Origin: Acholeplasmataceae bacterium
Lineage (GTDB): Bacteria; Bacillota_I; Bacilli_A; Acholeplasmatales; Acholeplasmataceae
Assembly (NCBI GenBank): GCA_963675245.1
Contig: OY775910.1
Location: 864,001 to 928,000 of the forward strand
Reading direction: 5' to 3'
Length of the DNA: 64,000 bases
Position numbers and translations under genes: made by a program. Shown here in pieces: positions 56,865-64,000 of the stretch; the first letter of the stretch is position 1, and every line of letters starts with the position of its first letter. A model generated the notes under the pieces. The model was not told the DNA's origin, ran no database searches, and saw only the letters and a list, made by a program, of their open reading frames with translations.

Positions 56865-57392
56865 ATGAATATAACAAAACCTTTTTACAAACAAATAAAT
56901 TTTTATTTATCAGTAATAGCATTGATTCTTTCGATGGTTGCACTGATACTATATGCACTGAACGTTCCTTCGGAATTCAATGGAGGAAAAGTTTCTAGTG
57001 CGGTAGTTACTGCGGATGTTGTAGCAATCATTGTATTAATATTCGCTATATCAGCAAATGTTGCTGAAAACTATTTTAAAGACAACACATTATTACTAGA
57101 TATTTTCAGTTATAGACGTTTTCTTGTTTATATAGCATTTGTATCGCTTCTATATAGTTTCCTTATGGGGATTTTAACAGAATATTCTTTGATTGGTACG
57201 ATTCTTTATCCCATCGTATCTGGAACAGTAGGAGACCCAGTGGATCCTATCCTTTCGTTTAGCTATTTTGCTAATTTGATTGGAACACTTATAGCAGTTG
57301 TATTAACATCAACAACCGCGATTATCCAAAGAAAATCATTCTATAAAGTAGAAAAGAACCCCACAGTTGAAATCAAGGAAGCAGGAAATTAA
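56865..57392 (+). CDS. Hypothetical integral membrane protein (about 4 TM)
   Basis: AGGAG RBS, four hydrophobic segments, in operon with the GH3 genes. Confidence 0.7.
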   Translation: MNITKPFYKQINFYLSVIALILSMVALILYALNVPSEFNGGKVSSAVVTADVVAIIVLIFAISANVAENYFKDNTLLLDIFSYRRFLVYIAFVSLLYSFLMGILTEYSLIGTILYPIVSGTVGDPVDPILSFSYFANLIGTLIAVVLTSTTAIIQRKSFYKVEKNPTVEIKEAGN

Positions 57393-57393
57393 T

Positions 57394-60300
57394 ATGAAAA
57401 CATTTAAGAAACTTCTAAAACGAAAATTATGGGAAAAATGGTTAGTTAGATTTACGTCATTGATGTTAATTATGTTTGTCATTAATGGCGCAGTTGCAGT
57501 ATTTAATAATGAAATTAGTTCTGCTCTAGGAACGGTTGACTATGTGACAGTTGAAGTAGATCCAGTAAGTGGTGAAACTGAACAAGTTATTAATTGGGAT
57601 CAACTGTATTCTGCAGACGATATTGAGGCATATTATAGAGCAGTGAATGAAGAGGTAGAAGCTGAAGGGTTAGTTCTTTTAAAGAATGATAATGATGCTT
57701 TACCACTTGAATCTAATGCGAATGTTTCATTTGCGCTTAGTGGCGCGGGAAAAATTTTCTATGCGACGCACGGTCCTGGTGTTCGTCGTGAAGGAGAATT
57801 GACGGATCTTTATGAAGCATTAACAGAAGAAACTAGTTTAAATGTTAATGATGAAATATACAATTTTTTAAGTACTGGAGAAGGTAAATCAAATCGTGGT
57901 ATTAAAAACGGTGTTTTCGTCACTAACGAACCTTCTTGGACAACTTATAGAACTGCAGGAATTAGTGATGCATACAGCACTCATGGAGGCACAGTTATTG
58001 CCGTAATCACACGTGAAAGTGGTGAAGGTGTCGATGCTTCATGGACTGGTAGTGATGGTGTTGATGGCAGCTATTTAACATTAACAGTTAATGAGTTACA
58101 AATTTTAGAACAACTTGCTCTTAAGAAAAGAGCAGGAGAAATTGATAAGATTGTTGTTTTAATTAATTCGGCAATGACCATACAATGCGACTTTCTATAT
58201 AATGAAAACTATGGTGTAGACGCAGCTATGTGGATTGGCCTTCCAGGTGCAACAGGCATGAAGGCTGTTGCTAAAGCATTGATTGGCGATGTGAATCCTT
58301 CTGGCCGTTTATCAGATACATTCCTAAATGATAATTTTTCATCTCCAGCAGCAATGTACTGGGTAGAAAATGATGGCTTTTCATCAGAGTATGCCAATGC
58401 AAGTGAATTAGAATTAAATAACTCACAAATGTATTATGGCGTCTATGTTGAAGGTGTTTATGTAGGTTATCGCTATTATGAGACACGTTATGAAGATTAT
58501 GTGATACAAAGTGCTGGTGTTGGTGAGTATGATTATAGTAGTGATGTCGCTTATCCATTCGGATATGGGTTATCATATACTGACTTTGAGTATAGCAATC
58601 TTGTTATTACTGAAGAGTTAGATACTGAAAATCATGTTATTGCATATAATGTCAGCGTAACTGTGACGAATACAGGTGATGTGGCAGGTAAAGAAGTTGT
58701 TCAAATTTATTTACAAAAACCATATTCTGATTATACGAGAATGTTTGGTATTGAAGTACCATCGGTAGAATTAGTAGGTTTTGGTAAAACTGTACTTCTG
58801 GCCCCTGATGAAAGTGATACATTAAGTGCTACAATTTCAGATAAAGCAGATGTGGATCGCATGAAAGTAGCTTTTGAACAGTTTAGAATGTATGATGCTG
58901 AAAACGCAGGAACGTATATTTTAGCTGCTGGTGACTATTACTTAACGGTTGCTAAAGATTCACATGATGCAGTAAATAATATTTTGGCAGCAAAAGGATA
59001 TACAACAGCAAATAGTAATATGGATGCAGACGGTAATGCAGATTTAGTAGACAAAGTACTCATTCAACTCACCGTAAACAATGAAATATTTGCTGAATCA
59101 ACTGCTTTGGTATCGGAAGCACCAAATTCATTAACTGATACAGAAGTTGGCACTGCCATTGTAAATCAACTTGACTTTATGGATCCTAATCGCTTCTCAG
59201 GCGTTACGAATGATGTTACTGATGATGGTGACGTAGTTTATGTTTCACGTCAAAATTGGTTAGGTACACTTCCTTCAGAAGCGACTAACTTATCCTTGAC
59301 GAATCTTGTTGAAGAAAAATATGATATTACTAGTCATAAGAGTATCATCGAATCTGATGGTGCAACGATGCCTACGTTCAATGATTTGAGTTCAGATTTA
59401 ACACTAGCTATGATGGCTGGATTATCCTATGATGATCCACTGTGGGATGCACTCTTAAACAAAATCTCACAAGATGATATGTTCTTAGTCTTAACAAACT
59501 GTTATGGCTATACACCAGCGCTCGCTAGTGTAGCGAAACCGATGACTGATGAAGATGATGGTCCTTATGGTGTAAGTAATACAGCAGAAGGATATTCTTC
59601 AATGAGTTGTGAAGGTATTATTGCCTCAAGTTTCAGTTTAGAAATTTTTAAAAAAGTCGGAGAAGCGATTGCTGCTGATGCGAGAAGCGGACATGATGAA
59701 GCACAAAAAAATCTTCATGGATTATATGCTCCAGGTTTAAATATGCACCGAGTCGCTTTTGGTGGAAGAGCTGCAGAATATTATTCAGAAGATCCAATTT
59801 TAAGTGGTATTGCTGCTATGTATGAAATTGAAACGATGCAAGAACAAGGTGTCGTTGCTATTCCTAAACACTTTATCTTTAACGATGAAGAATCTAACCG
59901 TAATGGTATATCAATTTGGATGAGTGAGCAAGCGGCAAGAGAAATATACTTATTGCCTTGGGAGTATGCACTTCGATCTGATATGGGTAATGCTCATTCA
60001 CTCATGACATCATTTAATAGAGCTGGTGCATTATGGACAAGTGCTAATGACAACCTAATGATGAACATCCTCCGCGATGAATGGCAATTTGACGGGTATA
60101 CACTAACTGATATGGCAGGTTCAAATGGTAAGTTATTTATGGTTTATGATGATGGCTTCATGAATGGTACTGACTGTTTCTTGGATAAAGGAACGTTAAG
60201 TGGATTCACAAGTGATATGAAAAATAGTCCAACATTTAATACAAACCTAAGAGAATCAATGCATCGATTGTTATATGTTCAAGCAAACTATAGTGCATCT

Positions 60301-60471
60301 ATGGATGGATATTCCAACTTGACTAGATTACAACCGGTTGCCGTATGGTGGAAAGTGACAATCAATACTGTAACGGTGGTTGCCATTACATTTACCGTTG
60401 TTTGTGGGGCTATGTATGTCTTAAGTGATATTGATAAACGAAAGAACATTTTTAAAGCTATTAATAAATAA
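57394..60471 (+). CDS. Membrane-anchored, circularly permuted GH3 glycosidase
   Basis: N- and C-terminal TM; EGLVLLKN, NPSGRL, YPFGYGLSY, GRAAEYYSED, KHFIFND and GYTLTDM (nucleophile). Confidence 0.88.
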   Translation: MKTFKKLLKRKLWEKWLVRFTSLMLIMFVINGAVAVFNNEISSALGTVDYVTVEVDPVSGETEQVINWDQLYSADDIEAYYRAVNEEVEAEGLVLLKNDNDALPLESNANVSFALSGAGKIFYATHGPGVRREGELTDLYEALTEETSLNVNDEIYNFLSTGEGKSNRGIKNGVFVTNEPSWTTYRTAGISDAYSTHGGTVIAVITRESGEGVDASWTGSDGVDGSYLTLTVNELQILEQLALKKRAGEIDKIVVLINSAMTIQCDFLYNENYGVDAAMWIGLPGATGMKAVAKALIGDVNPSGRLSDTFLNDNFSSPAAMYWVENDGFSSEYANASELELNNSQMYYGVYVEGVYVGYRYYETRYEDYVIQSAGVGEYDYSSDVAYPFGYGLSYTDFEYSNLVITEELDTENHVIAYNVSVTVTNTGDVAGKEVVQIYLQKPYSDYTRMFGIEVPSVELVGFGKTVLLAPDESDTLSATISDKADVDRMKVAFEQFRMYDAENAGTYILAAGDYYLTVAKDSHDAVNNILAAKGYTTANSNMDADGNADLVDKVLIQLTVNNEIFAESTALVSEAPNSLTDTEVGTAIVNQLDFMDPNRFSGVTNDVTDDGDVVYVSRQNWLGTLPSEATNLSLTNLVEEKYDITSHKSIIESDGATMPTFNDLSSDLTLAMMAGLSYDDPLWDALLNKISQDDMFLVLTNCYGYTPALASVAKPMTDEDDGPYGVSNTAEGYSSMSCEGIIASSFSLEIFKKVGEAIAADARSGHDEAQKNLHGLYAPGLNMHRVAFGGRAAEYYSEDPILSGIAAMYEIETMQEQGVVAIPKHFIFNDEESNRNGISIWMSEQAAREIYLLPWEYALRSDMGNAHSLMTSFNRAGALWTSANDNLMMNILRDEWQFDGYTLTDMAGSNGKLFMVYDDGFMNGTDCFLDKGTLSGFTSDMKNSPTFNTNLRESMHRLLYVQANYSASMDGYSNLTRLQPVAVWWKVTINTVTVVAITFTVVCGAMYVLSDIDKRKNIFKAINK

Positions 60472-60494
60472 TATAATATTAATGTAATGTTAAT

Positions 60495-60530
60495 GGGGAA
60501 GGATTGCTTTTGTAATCCTCCCCCTTTTCT
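60495..60530 (+). terminator. Intrinsic terminator
   Basis: GGGGAAGGATTGC-tttt-GTAATCCTCCCC followed by a T-tract. Confidence 0.8.
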
Positions 60531-60538
60531 ATGTTAAA

Positions 60539-60547
60539 TGCTATAAT
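60539..60547 (+). promoter_or_regulatory. Extended -10 (TGcTATAAT)
   Basis: Perfect element about 35 nt upstream of ATG 60581. Confidence 0.5.
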
Positions 60548-60580
60548 TAAATTGTAGGATACATGTGAGAGGGTGTTTGG

Positions 60581-61351
60581 ATGAAAGAAGAATTATATCA
60601 ATCTTTAAAGGACATGTTATATGCAAGAAACGATGTTTACGCCGCACATCTTGGTGGATCAAGTGCAACTGGATTCGAAGATGAGTTTTCGGATTTAGAT
60701 TTAGAAGTTATATGCGCCGATCATGCCGTTGAAGACATATTCAAAGATGTTGAGACATTTCTTCAAAAAAATTATGGCATTTTACAATCTTATCGCATGC
60801 CCGAACCCACTTGGCATGGTTTTTCTCAGTGTTTTTACTTGGTTGATAAAATGCCTAAACATTTTTATATTGATTTAGCGATCGTGAAGAACACGCTTAA
60901 AGATCGTTTGACTGATAGTAAAAGACATGGTCACGCAGTTGTTTGGTTCGATAAAGGTCAATATATAATTGAAAAGGATGACTCAGATGAAGAAACCATC
61001 AAACGGGCAAAGCAGTTTTATCAAAGAGCGATTTCTATTGACTTTTTAATGATGATTGAAGTTGAAAAAAATTTAGATAGAAATAGATATATAGATGGAT
61101 TTCTAGCTTATTATCGATTTATTCAAAATCAGTTGGTCGTAATGTTGAATTTAAAGCACAGACCATATAAAGTGGATTTTGGTATGCGCTATGCATATCG
61201 CGATTATGATGATAAGGATTATAGATTTTTACAAAATTGCCTTCAGCAAAAAAGTTTAGAAGATCTTAAAAAGAATTATAAATTGGCGAAATCTTATTAT
61301 TTAGTATTAAAAAAAGAGTTTCAAGAAACGTATCAAAACAAAGAGGTGTAA
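60581..61351 (+). CDS. Pol-beta-like nucleotidyltransferase domain protein
   Basis: GGS...DEFSDLDL and a third Asp in YIDL; helical C-terminal domain. Confidence 0.75.
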   Translation: MKEELYQSLKDMLYARNDVYAAHLGGSSATGFEDEFSDLDLEVICADHAVEDIFKDVETFLQKNYGILQSYRMPEPTWHGFSQCFYLVDKMPKHFYIDLAIVKNTLKDRLTDSKRHGHAVVWFDKGQYIIEKDDSDEETIKRAKQFYQRAISIDFLMMIEVEKNLDRNRYIDGFLAYYRFIQNQLVVMLNLKHRPYKVDFGMRYAYRDYDDKDYRFLQNCLQQKSLEDLKKNYKLAKSYYLVLKKEFQETYQNKEV

Positions 61352-61352
61352 G

Positions 61353-62336
61353 ATGAATATTTTAATTATAGGTGGTACTGGAACGATTAGCACAGCCGTT
61401 GTTGAAAAATGTTTAAGTATGAATATCGATGTCACGGTCATGAATCGTGGTACTCATAATGATTCTTTACCTAAAGAAGTTAAAACGATTGTATGTGATA
61501 TCAATCAAGAGGATGCCGTTTTAAACGCACTTAGAGGGCAGCATTATGATAGTGTGATTGAATTTGTTGCGTATGTACCTAAACAAGTTCAACGTGATAT
61601 ACGCCTGTTTAAGGGTAAGACTGATCAATATATATTCATTAGTAGTGCAAGTGCTTATGAGAAACCAATAAAATCTTATCCAATCACCGAAGAAACACCA
61701 CTGATTAATCCTTATTGGGAATATAGTAGAAACAAAGCATTGTGTGAAGATTACTTAAAGACAGTTAAAGATATTAATGTCACGATTGTTAGACCATCTC
61801 ACACATATGATAATAAGATGGTTTTAGCGGTTATGACGAGATGGGGAAATGAATATGCTCACATAAAAAGATTGATGGATGGGAAACCGATTATTGTACC
61901 AGGTGATGGTACAAATCTTTGGACGGTTACACATGCGAGTGATTTCGCAAATAGTTTTGTATACGTAATCGGAAATCCTAAAACCTATGGTGAAGCATAT
62001 CACATTACTGGAAGTAAGGTCTATACATGGGATCAGTTAACTGAAATCATGGCGTCACATTTAGGTGTTAAAGCGCATATTGTTCACATACCAAGTGACA
62101 TCATTATTAAGTATATGCCGGAAATGGAAGGACCTTTACTTGGAGATAAATCTTGGAGTGCTATTTTTGATAACTCAAAAATTAAGTCTATCAGCAAAGA
62201 ATATTCATCAAAAGTCGGGTATGAAGATGTTGTGAGTGATGTCATCAAATATTATCAAGCGCATGAAGAAAAACAAAACATTAGTGAAGAATATGAAAAG
62301 ATGTATGATCAATTAGTAGAAAAATATCAAATATAA
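61353..62336 (+). CDS. NAD-dependent epimerase/dehydratase (extended SDR)
   Basis: IGGTGTIS, FISSASAY, YSRNK and VRPSHTY. Confidence 0.85.
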   Translation: MNILIIGGTGTISTAVVEKCLSMNIDVTVMNRGTHNDSLPKEVKTIVCDINQEDAVLNALRGQHYDSVIEFVAYVPKQVQRDIRLFKGKTDQYIFISSASAYEKPIKSYPITEETPLINPYWEYSRNKALCEDYLKTVKDINVTIVRPSHTYDNKMVLAVMTRWGNEYAHIKRLMDGKPIIVPGDGTNLWTVTHASDFANSFVYVIGNPKTYGEAYHITGSKVYTWDQLTEIMASHLGVKAHIVHIPSDIIIKYMPEMEGPLLGDKSWSAIFDNSKIKSISKEYSSKVGYEDVVSDVIKYYQAHEEKQNISEEYEKMYDQLVEKYQI

Positions 62337-62340
62337 GGAT

Positions 62341-62374
62341 AAACCTAACCTATTTATTCAGGTTAGGTTTTTAT
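62341..62374 (+). terminator. Intrinsic terminator
   Basis: AAACCTAACCT...AGGTTAGGTTT followed by T-rich sequence. Confidence 0.75.
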
Positions 62375-62420
62375 ATATTTTCAATATATAAGTAAAAAAT
62401 ATTTGTTATTATATGTGATT

Positions 62421-62468
62421 TTGGTATTACAAAGAAATGATGTTATAATATTGCTGTAAGCGGTTACA
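62421..62468 (+). promoter_or_regulatory. Promoter TTGGTA-17-(TG)TATAAT with cre site TGTAAGCGGTTACA at the predicted transcription start
   Basis: -35 at 62421-62426, -10 at 62444-62449 and cre at 62455-62468. Confidence 0.65.
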
Positions 62469-62496
62469 ATATTAATATAAAAAACGGAGGTTGACG

Positions 62497-63579
62497 ATGG
62501 ATAAGTTCGATTATATGAAAAAACACAATTATGAACAAATCGTCTATTTTTTTGACAAGACAACAGGATTAAAGGGAATCACGTGTATTCACAATACCAC
62601 ATTAGGGCCAGCCCTTGGGGGTACGAGACTTTGGAATTACGAATGTGAAGAAGATGCTGTCCTTGATTGTTTGAGACTCGCAAGAGGTATGACATACAAA
62701 GCTGCAGCAGCGGGTTTAAACCTTGGTGGTGGTAAAACAGTACTAATTGGTAACGCAGATGAAGTGAAGAGTGAAGCTTATTTTAGAGCACTAGGTCGAT
62801 ATGTACAAAGTTTAAATGGCAGATATATTACCGCTGAGGATGTTAATACGTCGACAAAAGATATGGATTATGTACACATGGAAACGGATCATGTCGTTGG
62901 ACTCGAAGGGAAATCAGGAAACCCCTCACCTCTCACAGCATTAGGTGTCTTCCATGGTATTCGTGCGACACTACAACACCGTTTAGGTGATAATGATATA
63001 ACAAAATATTCGTTCGCTGTTCAAGGAACAGGTCAGACAGGCTATTATTTAGTGAAGTTATTAACTGAAGCAAACGCTAAAAAGATTTATTTCACTGATA
63101 TTAATAAAGAACATATTAACCGTATGAAAAAAGAATGTCCGAATGCGGTTTATGTTGACCCAAATGATATATATGGATTAGACGTTGATGTGTTTTCACC
63201 ATGTGCGTTAGGTGCGGTGTTAAATGACAAAACGATACCTCAAATTAAGGCACCAGTTATCGCTGGTTCTGCTAATAATGTGTTGGAAGATGAAGAAAAG
63301 CATGGCAATATGATTAAAGATAAAGGTATATTATATGCACCAGATTTCGTGATTAATGCTGGTGGATTAATTAATGTGTCACATGAATTAGTGACATACA
63401 ATAGAGAACGTGCCATTAGAGACATTGAAAAAATATATGATCGTTTATTAGAGATTTTCTCGATTGCTGAAAAAGAAGATATACCAACATTTAATGCTGC
63501 AAAAGTGTTCGCTAAAAAGCGTATTGAAACAATCACAGTTCTTCGAGGTAATTATATTCCAAGAAATACAAACAAATAA
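62497..63579 (+). CDS. Leucine (Glu/Leu/Phe/Val family) dehydrogenase
   Basis: GPALGGTR, GMTYK, GGGKTV, TAEDV, PSPLTA, PCALG, GSANN and NAGGLI. GGAGG RBS favours ATG 62497. Confidence 0.9.
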   Translation: MDKFDYMKKHNYEQIVYFFDKTTGLKGITCIHNTTLGPALGGTRLWNYECEEDAVLDCLRLARGMTYKAAAAGLNLGGGKTVLIGNADEVKSEAYFRALGRYVQSLNGRYITAEDVNTSTKDMDYVHMETDHVVGLEGKSGNPSPLTALGVFHGIRATLQHRLGDNDITKYSFAVQGTGQTGYYLVKLLTEANAKKIYFTDINKEHINRMKKECPNAVYVDPNDIYGLDVDVFSPCALGAVLNDKTIPQIKAPVIAGSANNVLEDEEKHGNMIKDKGILYAPDFVINAGGLINVSHELVTYNRERAIRDIEKIYDRLLEIFSIAEKEDIPTFNAAKVFAKKRIETITVLRGNYIPRNTNK

Positions 63580-64000
63580 TGAAAAGAATTATATTTATTA
63601 CGGGATATTTTGGTTCAGGTAAAACAGAGGTTGCGCTTAATTTAACTGAAAAAATAAAAGCGGATTATTTAGTTGACTTGGATATTATTAATCCGTATTT
63701 CAGATCAAGAGAATATAAAGATAAATTAACACACACTGAGGTAATCTCGTCAGATCTTGAAAAAGATCAATATAGTGATTTGCCATATCTTTCAAAAAAG
63801 ATATTTTTACCCTTTAATCAACATGACTCAAAAGCGATTTATGATTTGGGTGGTAGTGATTTAGGTGTAAAAGTGATGAAGCAATTTAGTCATGAGGATT
63901 TAAGGGATGTTGATTTGTTTCTAGTGATTAATGTGTATCGTATGGAAACGAATGATGAAGCATCGATTCTTCAACTTATTAAAATGCTAGAACAACAAAG
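63579..64000 (+). CDS. P-loop ATP-binding protein (MinD/CbiA-like), 3'-truncated by the window edge; absent from the ORF track
   Basis: TAATG overlap with the dehydrogenase gene; translates MKRIIFITGYFGSGKTEVALNL...DLDIINPYFRSRE. Confidence 0.8.
   Translation, partial: MKRIIFITGYFGSGKTEVALNLTEKIKADYLVDLDIINPYFRSREYKDKLTHTEVISSDLEKDQYSDLPYLSKKIFLPFNQHDSKAIYDLGGSDLGVKVMKQFSHEDLRDVDLFLVINVYRMETNDEASILQLIKMLEQQ

Noticed and set aside
7447..60530. Mobile genomic island or ICE
   Set aside because: No integrase, transposase, tRNA target or flanking direct repeat was seen; horizontal origin cannot be judged from this window.
60581..61351. MNT-HEPN toxin-antitoxin or CBASS-type defence nucleotidyltransferase
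   Set aside because: There is no HEPN partner or effector gene; the neighbour is a metabolic SDR.
1361..63536. Short ORFs (60-140 aa) in the track that overlap larger genes, e.g. 2902-3186, 16622-16909, 26479-26754, 31798-32217, 36720-37046, 50086-50409, 54579-54773 and 62381-62563
   Set aside because: They are antisense or off-frame shadows of well-supported genes or of regulatory DNA, with no recognisable motifs or convincing RBS.

Overview
AT-rich bacterial chromosome segment using the standard code: TGA acts as a stop in ATGA gene overlaps and Trp is TGG. The many lipoproteins with InlB B-type repeats suggest an Acholeplasmataceae- or Izemoplasmatales-like organism (inference). The left end (1-7.4 kb) holds a histidine kinase, two GNAT acetyltransferases and an operon of class V aminotransferase, SerA-like dehydrogenase and a DUF1015 protein fused in frame to NADP-type glutamate dehydrogenase. 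The central ~53 kb (7.6-60.5 kb) is a carbohydrate-utilisation region with six parts: (1) FGGY kinase, DUF4432, araA and a class II aldolase; (2) a GH78-like gene, AraC and an ABC transporter; (3) two GH110-like lipoproteins, a repeat-bearing lipoprotein and a GH127-like enzyme; (4) a DeoR-centred block of sorE-like, E2, E3, fused E1, mtlD-like, RhaD-like aldolase, PHP protein and srlD; (5) rhaBA; (6) a LytTR two-component system, GH78, a GPH transporter and two circularly permuted GH3 enzymes. The right end has a nucleotidyltransferase, an SDR, leucine dehydrogenase and a partial P-loop protein. The best candidate new system is a 6-deoxyhexose (rhamnose) catabolic shunt that would convert lactaldehyde carbon to 1-deoxy-D-fructose-6-P and cleave it with a dedicated acetoin-dehydrogenase-like complex to acetyl-CoA plus erythrose-4-P (hypothesis). 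The second candidate is a catabolite-repressed serine utilisation operon built around the DUF1015-GDH fusion. No rRNA, tRNA, CRISPR array or mobile element was recognised. All calls rest on motif recognition by eye; no database searches were run.
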